Below are positions 48,939-59,407 of a stretch of DNA of 64,000 nucleotides, piece by piece; the stretch's first letter is position 1; the number at the start of each line of letters is the position of its first letter. The position numbers and the translations under genes were made by a program. The DNA is from a bacterium. Lineage in GTDB: Bacteria > Patescibacteriota > Microgenomatia > UBA8517. The notes under the pieces are model-generated. The model was not told the DNA's origin, did not search any database, and saw only the letters and a program-made list of their open reading frames with translations. The DNA is taken from NCBI GenBank assembly GCA_030583725.1, contig CP129472.1, positions 671,040 to 735,039 of the forward strand, in the 5' to 3' direction.

Positions 48939-49816
48939 ACTTTAAATATGACTTTATATCTAATCAAAGTCAATAGTAACAGAATTATAATTGCATATAT
49001 GAATGGAAAGACATAAGTTGTAGTTTCTGACTTATATATTTTTGCCTCATCATCAATTGAAAACTCTAATTTGGTTATCATTTTTCCAATAATAAGTTTT
49101 TGTTTAGGTGTACAGTCAACTAAAGACTCTCCATCAAGACAATTTATACTTCTTGAATATCCAGAAAGAATATTTTGGGGGGCAAGCTTTAACATTTCCT
49201 CATCATTTATTATTATTTTTCCATTTGGTTTCCAGAAAGAGTTGCCATTGTTCATAATTAAAACTTCGAAACTAAATGGTATGAGTGGGTCAGAAACAAG
49301 AGGTGCCTTAAACTTAACAACCTCTGCAGATTTTTTTGGGTTACCATCTTTTGATATGGTAACTAAGATGTTTGATCCTATTTCTGTCTTGTATAAACTT
49401 AAGTTATCATCAGTAATACTATTTGGTTCTTGGGATTCAAAAATTAAGGTTATAAAATGATCAGTTTCGGGTGTTGTTTCTGGAGGAGACAAACTTATAT
49501 TAAATATCTTTTGTTCTTGGTTTTTGATTGTAAATTGATCAGGATTATATCTAATCCAATCGGGTGCAGGAATATCTGTAGTTGTTACATTTCCCATTAT
49601 GTCTGATGGAATAAAATAAATTAGCTTAGGTTTCAATATTATGTCAGAACCATTATTAGTTAGTGCATATGTTTGTTTAACCTCTTTACCTGGCTGAATA
49701 GTCACTTCAAGTAATGGTGGGGTAATTGAAAGTGAAATATTACCTTGGGCAATTGTCTTTTGGTCAAACACAAAGAACAAACTAAAAAAGAAAAATGTAA
49801 ATACTATATATTTCAT
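48920..49816 (-). CDS. DUF916/DUF3324-like cell-surface protein (second copy)
   Basis: Signal peptide. SLSITPPLLEVTIQPGKEVKQTYALTNNG. C-terminal TM FIYAIIILLLLTLI + RYKVIFKVWRRRN. Confidence 0.45.
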   Translation of the reverse strand: MKYIVFTFFFFSLFFVFDQKTIAQGNISLSITPPLLEVTIQPGKEVKQTYALTNNGSDIILKPKLIYFIPSDIMGNVTTTDIPAPDWIRYNPDQFTIKNQEQKIFNISLSPPETTPETDHFITLIFESQEPNSITDDNLSLYKTEIGSNILVTISKDGNPKKSAEVVKFKAPLVSDPLIPFSFEVLIMNNGNSFWKPNGKIIINDEEMLKLAPQNILSGYSRSINCLDGESLVDCTPKQKLIIGKMITKLEFSIDDEAKIYKSETTTYVFPFIYAIIILLLLTLIRYKVIFKVWRRRN

Positions 49817-49817
49817 A

Positions 49818-50540
49818 TTAATATCCTGGTATAGCTGTAAATGTAATTATATTCTGATATGTTCCTGCGGGTTGAACCCCGCTGACATTAACTTTATAAG
49901 TAATTGTAGCTGTTCTCTCACGACCGACATTTATTGAACTCATTATTATGGCTGGATTTTCTGCACTGTTTCTATCAGAAAACTGTCTGAAGTAGTCTGA
50001 ATTTACAAAATCGGCTGGTATGTCATCACCACTCATATTAAACCCAAAGCCATACCTTGAGTTAGACGTCCAAGTACCCGCAGACGTTTCACTACAAGTT
50101 GAGTCACAAAGAGTGTCTATGATAGTGTTTGAACCATCTGATGTTTTTAAAGGATTATTTTCAGAAGCTTTGACTGTATATCCTCCTGCCCCTCCAGCTG
50201 AAACAGTTAAGATTGATGTATCTGTTGATGGTGTGCCTGGTGTTAGAACACCAAAATTAATTTGTATATCACTCACGGAAAAAGAAAAAGGAATTATTGA
50301 GTTTATGTATTGAAAACCAGATTTGACTCTAAAGCCTGTTGATGAAAAAAGTCCAGGTGCAGTTTGACCTATTGTTGTGTTTAAATAATAGTTGTCAGAA
50401 GAGGGTATTCCTGCCCCTGAATTGAAATTTGGAAAAATTATTCGATAATTTTCTGACTGTACTCTTTCTTGTGCGTAAACGAGACTCAAATTAGAAATTA
50501 TCAGAAAAAAAAATATGCAACAAAACATAAACTTTTTCAT
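49818..50540 (-). CDS. small secreted WxL-like surface protein (240 aa)
   Basis: Signal peptide. C-terminal GVQPAGTYQNIITFTAIPGY (WxL-like with F in place of W). Internal SAGGAGGYTVKA analogous to the first WxL motif. Confidence 0.45.
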   Translation of the reverse strand: MKKFMFCCIFFFLIISNLSLVYAQERVQSENYRIIFPNFNSGAGIPSSDNYYLNTTIGQTAPGLFSSTGFRVKSGFQYINSIIPFSFSVSDIQINFGVLTPGTPSTDTSILTVSAGGAGGYTVKASENNPLKTSDGSNTIIDTLCDSTCSETSAGTWTSNSRYGFGFNMSGDDIPADFVNSDYFRQFSDRNSAENPAIIMSSINVGRERTATITYKVNVSGVQPAGTYQNIITFTAIPGY

Positions 50541-50893
50541 TTTTTCTTTGTTTCTAAATTTTGAATTTCGTGGTCTTTAGCTTCAATTTCGTTTTCCAAA
50601 ACTTTTTCTTCTATCTTTAGTTCTTTGATTATTTCTTCAGCCTTTTCTTTTTTAGTTGTAAGTATTCTTAATGTTGAAACGAGATATATGATCACTGTCA
50701 TAGAGATCAGGAAGTAAACTATAAATATGAATGAGTAGTGGAAGATGTTAACCCAAGCTATAACTAAAATTGTGGTAACTACGATTGTGGCAATATCAAT
50801 ATACTTCCTAACTCTTAAGTAAACTTCATTTTTCTTAAATAGAAAATGTGAAGCAGTGTATAGAATGATAATAAAGGCAAGTATGTAGAGCAT
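50537..50893 (-). CDS. small membrane protein with C-terminal coiled-coil (first gene of the surface-protein operon)
   Basis: Three TM segments, then EEIIKELKIEEKVLENEIEAKDHEIQNLE. Confidence 0.4.
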   Translation of the reverse strand: MLYILAFIIILYTASHFLFKKNEVYLRVRKYIDIATIVVTTILVIAWVNIFHYSFIFIVYFLISMTVIIYLVSTLRILTTKKEKAEEIIKELKIEEKVLENEIEAKDHEIQNLETKKK

Positions 50894-50932
50894 TATTTTT
50901 AAGTTTAGTTAAAAAGTAGTAGAATATCAAAT

Positions 50933-53281
50933 ATGACTAATGTATATAATCATCGTGAAGTAAGCAAAGCTTCGCCATTTTACGATCATAAAATGGTTGA
51001 AAAAAAGTGGCAAGGGGTTTGGGAAAGAGAGAGGTTGTATTCTCCTGATATTAAAAAATTAAAGAAGAAAGATAAATTCTACGACGGTAAGACGAAAACT
51101 TCGAAGAAGTTTTACAACCTTTGGATGTTTCCATATCCATCAGCAGAAGGTCTTCATGCGGGTCATGCCTTCGCTTCAACTGGAAGTGATGTAATTGGTA
51201 GGTTTATGAGAATGAATGGTAGGACTGTTTTTCAACCAATTGGCTATGACAGTTTTGGAATACATTCTGAAAACTATGCAATTAAAATAAACGAGAATCC
51301 CAAAGAAGTTGTAAAAAGAACCACTAAAAACTATGAAAAACAAATGAGATCTTTAGGTCATGGATATGATTGGTCTAGGACAGTGACCACTTCTGATGTT
51401 GATTACTATAGATGGACACAGTGGCTGTTTATCAAAATGTGGGAAAAGGGTTTGGCTTACAGAAAAAAGGCAGAAGTAAATTTTTGCCCATCTTGCAAAA
51501 CTGTTTTGGCTGATGAGCAGGTAATGACTCCAAAACAGGCAGGCAAAGAACCAAAAGATGGCCAAGGTAACATTGTTACTGAAACTGAGGATATGAAAGT
51601 CTGTGAGAGATGTGGAACAGTTGCAGAAAAGAAAAGCTTGGATCAATGGTTTTTCAAAATTACTGACTATGCAGATAGATTACTTGAAGGATTAGACAAA
51701 ATAGATTGGAGTAGTAGGGTAAAAGTTGCACAAAAGGAATGGATAGGAAAGTCTCAAGGGAGGTTGATTGAATTTGAAGTAGTCGGCTCAAAAGATAAAC
51801 TAAAGGTATTTACCACAAGACCAGATACTTTAAATGCTGTTACTTTTTTGGCAACTTCCAAGTTATATAAAGAGGGTAGTAAAGAAAAAATTGGTCAATT
51901 CTCAGGTCAATACGCTGTTAGCCCACTTGATGGTAGAAAAATTCCAATTTGGGATACTAACTATGTGGCTCCAAACTACGGGACAGGGGTAGTAATGGGC
52001 GTACCTGCACACGACGAACGTGATATGGATTTTGCTACTAAGTATTCTATTGATATATTAAACAAAGAACCGGAAGAAAACAAAATTGGCCAAAGAAATA
52101 CAAGTTATCATTTAAGAGATTGGCTGGTAAGTCGTCAAAGATATTGGGGAGCTCCTATACCAATGGTTGATTGTCCTAAGTGTGGTTGGGTTAGCGTTCC
52201 AGAAAAAGAATTGCCTGTAGAGCTACCAAATATTACTGATTTTAAACCAGAAGGAAATGGTAGGGGACCTTTGGCAAATCATAGCGAATTTTTTGAGGTT
52301 AAATGTCCAAAGTGTGGTGGTGAAGCAAAACGAGAAACTGATGTTATGGACACCTTTGTTGATAGTAGTTGGTATTTTTTGAGATATCCTTCTATTGGGC
52401 TAGAAAATGATAGTAAGATTCCTTTTGATAGTGTTATTTCAAAGAAAATGTTGCCCGTTGACCTATATTTTGGTGGAGCAGAACATTCTGTACTTCATTT
52501 AATGTATGCAAGATTTGTGAATATGGTTATGTATGATTTGGGTCTAATTGATCATGAAGAGCCATTTCCTAAATTTTTTGCTCATGGATTAATGATTAAA
52601 GATGGAGCCAAGATGAGTAAATCTAGGGGGAATGTGGTCAACCCTGATATCTATGTAGAAAAGTACGGTGCAGATGTTTTAAGGCTATATGTTATGTTTT
52701 TAGGTCAAATGGATGGTTATCCTGACTTTAGAGATAGTGGTATTGAAGGTATGAACAGATTCATTAAAAGAGTTGTTGGTCTTTTTGAAAGTGATAAAAA
52801 ACCAAGTAAGGATGATTTGGAGAAGGTTTGTTTCAAAACACACCAAGTAATCAAAAAAGTAACAGATGATATAAGCGAATTTAAATATAATACATCCATT
52901 GCAGCTATTATGGAGCTTGTAAACACAATCTCAGAATTAGGTGCAGACAGAAAAATATTAAAAAATTTAGTTTTGCTTTTAGCTCCATTTGCCCCGCACG
53001 TTACTGAGGAATTATGGCAGACTGAGTTAAAACAAAAAGGCTCTATTCACACATCAAGCTGGCCTAAATATGATGAGAAGTATTTGAAACTTAAAGAAGT
53101 TGTAATTGCTGTGCAAATCAACGGTAAATTAAGATCGACAATTGAAGTTGAAGCTAGTTTAGAGCAAAGTAAAATTATAGGGCTTGCAAAAAAAGACCCG
53201 AAAGTAGCAAAATGGTTAAAGAGTGGAACAATTAAGAAAGAGATATATATACCTGAAAGACTTGTTAACTTCGTTATTTGA
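50933..53281 (+). CDS. leuS: leucyl-tRNA synthetase
   Basis: HIGH-region PYPSAEGLHAGHA. VNFCPSCKTVLADEQV. KMSKSRGN. 782 aa. Confidence 0.9.
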   Translation: MTNVYNHREVSKASPFYDHKMVEKKWQGVWERERLYSPDIKKLKKKDKFYDGKTKTSKKFYNLWMFPYPSAEGLHAGHAFASTGSDVIGRFMRMNGRTVFQPIGYDSFGIHSENYAIKINENPKEVVKRTTKNYEKQMRSLGHGYDWSRTVTTSDVDYYRWTQWLFIKMWEKGLAYRKKAEVNFCPSCKTVLADEQVMTPKQAGKEPKDGQGNIVTETEDMKVCERCGTVAEKKSLDQWFFKITDYADRLLEGLDKIDWSSRVKVAQKEWIGKSQGRLIEFEVVGSKDKLKVFTTRPDTLNAVTFLATSKLYKEGSKEKIGQFSGQYAVSPLDGRKIPIWDTNYVAPNYGTGVVMGVPAHDERDMDFATKYSIDILNKEPEENKIGQRNTSYHLRDWLVSRQRYWGAPIPMVDCPKCGWVSVPEKELPVELPNITDFKPEGNGRGPLANHSEFFEVKCPKCGGEAKRETDVMDTFVDSSWYFLRYPSIGLENDSKIPFDSVISKKMLPVDLYFGGAEHSVLHLMYARFVNMVMYDLGLIDHEEPFPKFFAHGLMIKDGAKMSKSRGNVVNPDIYVEKYGADVLRLYVMFLGQMDGYPDFRDSGIEGMNRFIKRVVGLFESDKKPSKDDLEKVCFKTHQVIKKVTDDISEFKYNTSIAAIMELVNTISELGADRKILKNLVLLLAPFAPHVTEELWQTELKQKGSIHTSSWPKYDEKYLKLKEVVIAVQINGKLRSTIEVEASLEQSKIIGLAKKDPKVAKWLKSGTIKKEIYIPERLVNFVI

Positions 53282-53861
53282 TCAAAATTCATTAGTATTA
53301 CTACTAATTGGACTTATCTTAATCGGTTTTGGGGTGCTTCTATTTAAAACTAACATACTCACTCAATCTGACAAGGTTGAGGTCTTAAATAGTGTTACAG
53401 AGAACCAAGAGGGCAATCAAGAAATAGTTGTGGAAATTTCTGGAAGTGTAGAAAAACCAGGTGTTTATAAAATGAAAGTTGGGGATAGGGTTGATGACTT
53501 ACTAATAATTTCTGGTGGACTTTCAGTAAATGCTGACAGAGATTGGGTCGTCAAAAAAATTAACAGGGCATCTAAACTAATTGATGGGCAAAAGATTTAC
53601 ATATATCAGTTAGGAGAGGTGAGTGCCAAAGAAACTGAGGGTGTCAAAGTAGATCAGGGGGTTTTAGGTGATAGCAATGGTAACTTGGTAAACATTAACA
53701 CTGCAAGTCAAAAAGAGCTGGATAGTCTTAGTGGAATTGGCCCTGTTTACGCCCAAAACATCATTGAACACAGACCTTACTCAACCTTGGAAGAGTTGGT
53801 GTCAAAAGGTGCAATTGGTAAATCAGTTTTTGAAAAAATCAAAAATAGTATTAGTTTATAA
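53223..53861 (+). CDS. comEA: competence protein ComEA (DNA receptor, helix-hairpin-helix)
   Basis: N-terminal TM LVLLLIGLILIGFGVLLF. SLBB-like middle. C-terminal INTASQKELDSLSGIGPVYAQNIIEHRPYSTLEEL (HhH). Start overlaps the leuS 3' end by 59 nt in another frame, so the start is uncertain. Confidence 0.7.
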   Translation: MEQLRKRYIYLKDLLTSLFDQNSLVLLLIGLILIGFGVLLFKTNILTQSDKVEVLNSVTENQEGNQEIVVEISGSVEKPGVYKMKVGDRVDDLLIISGGLSVNADRDWVVKKINRASKLIDGQKIYIYQLGEVSAKETEGVKVDQGVLGDSNGNLVNINTASQKELDSLSGIGPVYAQNIIEHRPYSTLEELVSKGAIGKSVFEKIKNSISL

Positions 53862-53890
53862 TTTTTGTTTTTTTGCTATAAAAATCAAAA

Positions 53891-54952
53891 ATGATATTTC
53901 ATTATATTAGTTTTTTAGTTGTTGTTTTTCTGATATTTATTCGCTATCACTCAACGCTTCCTAATTTTAAAAATGGAGACGAAGTTAGAATAACCACTAA
54001 GGTTTTGACAGAACCAATCCAGTATTCAACAGCTCAGTATCTTAAACTGTCAGATCTTAAAACTTACTTGCCCAAATATCCAGTAGTTACCTATGGTGAC
54101 ACTGTTGTTGTCGTTGGGACAGTTGATGGGGACAAGCTAAGTAACCCAATAATTGAAAAACTAGAAACACAAAACAGGGGTTTTTTATTAGATTTTAGAT
54201 TTAAACTAATTTCTTTTTACAAATCTTCATTACCAGAGCCTTTAAGTAGTTTGGTAGCAGGAACTGTAATAGGTTCAAAAAATATGCCAGAAAGTTTTTG
54301 GCAGAAACTAAAAGACACGGGAACTGCCCATGTAGTTGTTGCTTCAGGCACAAATGTCACCATGACGGCAAGTTTTTTGATTGGACTACTAACCATTTTC
54401 TTTGTTAGAAGGACCGCAATTTGGCTTACATTAGTTGGAATTTTTGGTTATGTTGTCATTTCTGGCTTTGATGCCCCGATTGTTAGGGCAGGAATAATGG
54501 GATCAATACTATTGTTGGGTCAAGGTGGGGGAAGATTAGTAAATACTTGGAGGATTTTAATATACTCAGCTCTCATAATGTTACTGTTTAAGCCATCTTG
54601 GCTAACTGATCTTGGTTTCATACTGTCATTTGTGGCTACTATGTCTTTAATGCTCTTTCAAAAAACAATTGACCTAAAGTTAAGATCAATTCCCGCGTTC
54701 TTTCGTGAAGGATTATCAACCTCACTTGCGGCTCAGATTGGTGTTGCGCCAATAATTTTTGTTACTTTTGGTCAATTTAATATTCTTTCACCAATTATTA
54801 ATGCTTTGATACTGTGGACTATTCCCTATATTATGGTTGGAGGAGCAATAGCAGGGGTATTGGGTTTAGTTATACCATTAGTTGGTAGACTGATACTCTT
54901 TGTTATATTCCCATTATTATGGTATTTCGAAAAAGTAGTTTCTATGTTTTAG
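53891..54952 (+). CDS. comEC: ComEC/Rec2 N-terminal part (DUF4131 + Competence domain)
   Basis: Polytopic. GTAHVVVASGTNV (Competence-domain AISGLH-type motif). Ends in a TM helix. Confidence 0.7.
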   Translation: MIFHYISFLVVVFLIFIRYHSTLPNFKNGDEVRITTKVLTEPIQYSTAQYLKLSDLKTYLPKYPVVTYGDTVVVVGTVDGDKLSNPIIEKLETQNRGFLLDFRFKLISFYKSSLPEPLSSLVAGTVIGSKNMPESFWQKLKDTGTAHVVVASGTNVTMTASFLIGLLTIFFVRRTAIWLTLVGIFGYVVISGFDAPIVRAGIMGSILLLGQGGGRLVNTWRILIYSALIMLLFKPSWLTDLGFILSFVATMSLMLFQKTIDLKLRSIPAFFREGLSTSLAAQIGVAPIIFVTFGQFNILSPIINALILWTIPYIMVGGAIAGVLGLVIPLVGRLILFVIFPLLWYFEKVVSMF

Positions 54953-55782
54953 TTTTGATCCTTCTTTCTATTTGGATTTTTGCCTTTAGTGTGTCTGACA
55001 ACCTGCAAATAGTTGCTTGTGATGTAGGTCAGGGTGATGCAATTCTAATACAGCACAAGAATAACCAAGTTCTAATTGATGGTGGGCAAGATAAAAAAGT
55101 ATTAGATTGTCTTGGACGCCATATGCCCTTTTTTGATAGACAAATAGAGATGGTAGTTCTAACCCATCCTGACCTAGATCACTTTGGGGGTTTAATTGAT
55201 GTCTTTAGTAACTACAAAGTTTTAAAGTTTGGGACAAATGGTAAGGATGTTAGCAAAGAGGAGTATAGAGTGCTAGTAAATTGGGTGGGGGGTATGGATG
55301 TAGAGCAGGTTACCTTGACTAGTGGTATGGTTGTCAGGTTAGGTCTGATATATTTAGATATAGTTCATCCAGCTGCAACACTGGAAATTAATAAAGAACA
55401 AAATATAGAAGGTGATTCAAACAACCAAAGTATAGTTATGGTCTTAAATTACGCTCAATTTAAGGCTTTATTTACTGGTGATGTTGAGAATGATGTAAGC
55501 GATCAGTTGTCAAACAATATAAAAGTCAACAACCTTGACTATATCAAAGTAAATCATCACGGAAGTCGTAATGGTTTGTCTGAAAACCTACTAAAAGCAG
55601 TTAATCCTAGGTTCGCGGTAATTAGTTCTGGTTTTAAGAACAGATATGGTCATCCTCATGCGGAGATACTTGAAATCTTAAAAAAGTATGATGTTAATGT
55701 TTTGAGGACTGATGAGATAGGTGATATTGTAATTGAAACTGATGGACAAACTTTCTGGCAAAAAAATAACTCACTTTTTTAA
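54919..55782 (+). CDS. comEC: ComEC/Rec2 C-terminal metallo-beta-lactamase domain, encoded as a separate overlapping ORF
   Basis: ACDVGQGDAILIQ...LIDGG. VLTHPDLDHFGG (HxHxDH). VNHHGSRNG. Confidence 0.7.
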   Translation: MVFRKSSFYVLVLILLSIWIFAFSVSDNLQIVACDVGQGDAILIQHKNNQVLIDGGQDKKVLDCLGRHMPFFDRQIEMVVLTHPDLDHFGGLIDVFSNYKVLKFGTNGKDVSKEEYRVLVNWVGGMDVEQVTLTSGMVVRLGLIYLDIVHPAATLEINKEQNIEGDSNNQSIVMVLNYAQFKALFTGDVENDVSDQLSNNIKVNNLDYIKVNHHGSRNGLSENLLKAVNPRFAVISSGFKNRYGHPHAEILEILKKYDVNVLRTDEIGDIVIETDGQTFWQKNNSLF

Positions 55783-55981
55783 ACGTTTTTATGTTTAATA
55801 GGGTGAGTTATTGAAAAACAAGTTGGCTATATAGCATATAACTATTAAGAACCCAACCAGGGTCCAAAATGCTATCTTGATCAACTTCTCAAAAAATTTC
55901 ATTTCATCCTCCTTTTTGGAATTTAAAATTTTTTGGTAAGGGTATTATAGCTTATAATTTACTAACTTAAAACTTTTTATT

Positions 55982-57637
55982 TTGATACAATATATTTGTA
56001 TGGATTATATGAAAAGTATTAGACAAGTTCTTGAAGAAATTAGTGGAATTAAAAACCCTGATATTGAGTTCTCATCAATAGATAGTTTTGGTGATTATTC
56101 AACCAACATTGCTTTAAAAAATAAAGATATAGATCCTAACGACATAGCTTTAAAAGTTAACAATCTAAACTTAGATTATACGGCAGAAGTTAAAGGAAAG
56201 TTTGTTAACTTCTGGTTGAAAAACGATGCCCTAGTTGATAATTTGATACAGATTGATAAAGATAAGGATAGTTATGGAAAAAGTAATATTGGTAAAAATA
56301 AGACAGTTATTATTGACTATTCATCTCCAAATATAGCCAAGCCTTTTAGTATAGGACACTTAAGGTCAACTGTCATAGGTCAGGCAATTTACAATCTTTT
56401 TAAAAGTTTGGGTTATCAAGTAATTGGTGATAACCACCTAGGTGATTGGGGGACACAATTTGGAAAACTTCTATATATGATCGATTTTAAGAAAACAAAA
56501 GATTTTTCTATTGAAAACCTAGAAGAACTTTATGTTGAATTTCATAAACTTGAAAAAACAGATGAAACATTGGGGGAAAGAGCTCGTGAGTGGTTTAAAA
56601 AGTTGGAAGATGGTGATAGTACAGCAAGAACTGTGTGGAAACAGTGTGTAAACGTGTCTTTAAATGAATTTAAACGGATATATGATCTTTTAGATATTAA
56701 GGTAGACAACACCTACGGAGAAAGTTTTTACGAGGAAGAGATGAAAGAGATGTTAAAGGATCCAAGTATAAATAAACATATAGTAGATGGGGAAGATGGG
56801 GACTCAAAGGTTATTAACTTGGAGTCAGTTGGAATTAAAACCCCACTAATGTTTTTAAAGGGAGATGGTGCAACTACCTACGCAACCAGAGATTTGGCAA
56901 CACTTAGATTCAGACAGAAAAAATACAAACCAGACATTATTGTCTATGAGGTTGGCGCAGAACAAAAATTGCACTTTAAGCAGGTTTTTGAAGCTGCAAA
57001 AATGCTCGACCTAATAGACAAAGACGTTGAGTTGGTCCACACCGCACATGGTTTATACCTTGCTGAGGACGGAAAAAAGTTTTCAACTAGAAAAGGTAAA
57101 ACAATTAAATTAGAAGAGGTCTTAGACGAAGCTATTGAAAGAGCAAAAGAGCTAGGAAACAATAAAGAAGTAGCAAAACAAGTTGGTATTGGAGCAATTA
57201 AGTATTTTGACCTGATGCATTCTGTACAAAGCGATGTAGTGTTTGATTGGAACAAAATTTTAAATATGAATGGCAATAGTGGGCCTTATATTCAATACAC
57301 TGTAGCTCGAATAAACTCAGTGGTTTCAAAATCTGACAAGAATAATTTAAATCTTAAGGATTTGCAAACAAAGAACTTAGAAGTTGAGGAAATATTATTA
57401 CTGCGTAAATTATCCCAATTCCAAGAGGTTATGGTGACTGCGGGGAAAACTTACTCACCTAACATACTTTGCAATTATTTATATGAATTGTCCAGTAAAT
57501 TCAATACTTTTTACAATGCTCATAAAATTGTAGGTGGGAAGAATGAATATTTTAAGATTTTACTGACCTCTGGTGTTTGTGTTGTTCTTAAAAATGGTCT
57601 AGAAATTCTAGGAATAGACACTCCAGAGAAGATGTAA
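55982..57637 (+). CDS. argS: arginyl-tRNA synthetase
   Basis: SSPNIAKPFSIGHLRSTVIGQA (class I HIGH-type region of ArgRS). C-terminal DALYS-type anticodon-binding domain (YTVARINSV). Confidence 0.9.
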   Translation: MIQYICMDYMKSIRQVLEEISGIKNPDIEFSSIDSFGDYSTNIALKNKDIDPNDIALKVNNLNLDYTAEVKGKFVNFWLKNDALVDNLIQIDKDKDSYGKSNIGKNKTVIIDYSSPNIAKPFSIGHLRSTVIGQAIYNLFKSLGYQVIGDNHLGDWGTQFGKLLYMIDFKKTKDFSIENLEELYVEFHKLEKTDETLGERAREWFKKLEDGDSTARTVWKQCVNVSLNEFKRIYDLLDIKVDNTYGESFYEEEMKEMLKDPSINKHIVDGEDGDSKVINLESVGIKTPLMFLKGDGATTYATRDLATLRFRQKKYKPDIIVYEVGAEQKLHFKQVFEAAKMLDLIDKDVELVHTAHGLYLAEDGKKFSTRKGKTIKLEEVLDEAIERAKELGNNKEVAKQVGIGAIKYFDLMHSVQSDVVFDWNKILNMNGNSGPYIQYTVARINSVVSKSDKNNLNLKDLQTKNLEVEEILLLRKLSQFQEVMVTAGKTYSPNILCNYLYELSSKFNTFYNAHKIVGGKNEYFKILLTSGVCVVLKNGLEILGIDTPEKM

Positions 57638-57639
57638 AA

Positions 57640-58095
57640 CTACTTCTTTTCTATAATTCCAAAAAACTTATCAAACAATTTTCTCAATTCTGACACATGT
57701 GTTTCTTCTTTGTTTTTCTCTTTAAATTTAGATATATATTTGACTTGCAAATCTCTAAATTCATTATGTAGTTCATCTAGTATATCATCTGACAACTCTT
57801 CTACATTTATAACCTCATCTCTTGCACCTTTTATACCCTTTAATAATTCATCAAGTTTTAAGTGTATAGCTTTAGAGTCTCTGTTTTGCGTATTTTGAAT
57901 CAAAAAGACCATTAGAAAGGTTATGATCGTGGTTAAGGTATTAATTGCCAATTGCCAAGTGTCTGAGTAGTTAAATAGAGGACCGGTTGTTACCCAAAGA
58001 ACAATTAGAAGTATTGCAATTACAAAAGTATAGGCACTTCCTGCCACATTAGAAACTGTAGTTGCTATTTTCCTAAAAATTGAGTTAACATTCAT
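57640..58095 (-). CDS. low-affinity iron permease family (PF04120-like) membrane protein
   Basis: SDTWQLAINTLTTIITFLMVFLIQNTQNRDSKAIHLKLDELL matches the family core. Confidence 0.55.
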   Translation of the reverse strand: MNVNSIFRKIATTVSNVAGSAYTFVIAILLIVLWVTTGPLFNYSDTWQLAINTLTTIITFLMVFLIQNTQNRDSKAIHLKLDELLKGIKGARDEVINVEELSDDILDELHNEFRDLQVKYISKFKEKNKEETHVSELRKLFDKFFGIIEKK

Positions 58096-58110
58096 ATTGT
58101 CTATATTACT

Positions 58111-59388
58111 ATGAACTATTTTTTAGAAAAACTCAACAACAATATTAAGGTCGTTTCTATCCCAATGCCAACCCTAGAATCTGTTACTGTAACAGTTTGG
58201 TTTAAAACAGGATCAAGGAATGAAAATAAAAAAAATAATGGAGTTAGTCACTTTCTGGAACATATGTTTTTTAAAGGTACAACAAATAGGCCAACAGCCA
58301 AAGAAATAGCAGAGGAGATAGACTCAATTGGTGGTATTCAAAATGCGGGAACATCTAAAGAATATACACAGTATTACATTAAATGTAGGGCAGATAAGGC
58401 AGAAATTGCTTTTGATCTTCTTTCTGATATGGTTATGAACTCACTTTTGGCAAGTGAAGAGATTGAGCGCGAAAAAGGAACAATTATTGAAGAGATTAGG
58501 ATGTATGAAGATACTCCAATGATTAACATCGGAGAAGTCTTTGAGAGTCTTATTTACGAGAGTCATCCTCTCGGAATGGGTATTGCTGGTACAGAAAAAA
58601 CGGTTTCAGAAATGAAAAGGGGGGATTTTTTGGATTATAAAGACAGTTTCTATGGGGTCGATAATATTTTAATAACTGTGGCTGGTGGATTGAGTCAAGA
58701 AATTGCCACTAACCTTGGTCAAAAATACTTTTCAAAGATAAGTACCAAAAACAGTGAATTAAAAATTGAAAATAAATTCAAAACAATTCAAAGTAAACCA
58801 AAAATAAAACTACACAATAAAAAGAAAGAGCAAGCACATATTATTTTGGGTTATATGGCAGACGGCAGAAACTATGAACACAAATATGCACAAAGCGTTT
58901 TATCAGTTATCTTGGGGGGTGGGATGTCTTCAAGAATGTTTACAGAGGTAAGAGAAAGAAGGGGTCTGGCATATTCAGTCAGAACATCAATGGATAGGTA
59001 TACAGACTGTGGTTATATAGGTACATATGCAGGACTTGATACTAAAAGAGCAGTGGAGGCAGTTGGGGTAATATTAAATGAACATTTAAAGATAACTAAC
59101 GGCCAAAATCCAATAACAAAACAAGAACTGATAAAGGCAAAGGAGTTTTTAAAGGGTCACCTAGCCTTGGCATTGGAAGACACAAGTGACGTCTCAGGTT
59201 TTTTTGGAAACCAAGTGTTGTTTGAGAAAAAAGTTTTATCACCGGAGGGTGTCTTTAAAAAAATAGACAAAGTAACAATGGATGAAGTCAACGCTGAAGC
59301 TATACGATTGTTTGTACCTGAAAAACTAAACCTTGCCATAATTGGACCATATGGAAGTGATAGGGAGTTTAAAAAAATATTAAATTAG
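58111..59388 (+). CDS. M16 family zinc peptidase (insulinase-like)
   Basis: Inverted zinc motif GVSHFLEHMFFKGT (HxxEH), with a downstream E. Confidence 0.8.
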   Translation: MNYFLEKLNNNIKVVSIPMPTLESVTVTVWFKTGSRNENKKNNGVSHFLEHMFFKGTTNRPTAKEIAEEIDSIGGIQNAGTSKEYTQYYIKCRADKAEIAFDLLSDMVMNSLLASEEIEREKGTIIEEIRMYEDTPMINIGEVFESLIYESHPLGMGIAGTEKTVSEMKRGDFLDYKDSFYGVDNILITVAGGLSQEIATNLGQKYFSKISTKNSELKIENKFKTIQSKPKIKLHNKKKEQAHIILGYMADGRNYEHKYAQSVLSVILGGGMSSRMFTEVRERRGLAYSVRTSMDRYTDCGYIGTYAGLDTKRAVEAVGVILNEHLKITNGQNPITKQELIKAKEFLKGHLALALEDTSDVSGFFGNQVLFEKKVLSPEGVFKKIDKVTMDEVNAEAIRLFVPEKLNLAIIGPYGSDREFKKILN

Positions 59389-59407
59389 TATAGAATAGTA
59401 CAATAAT

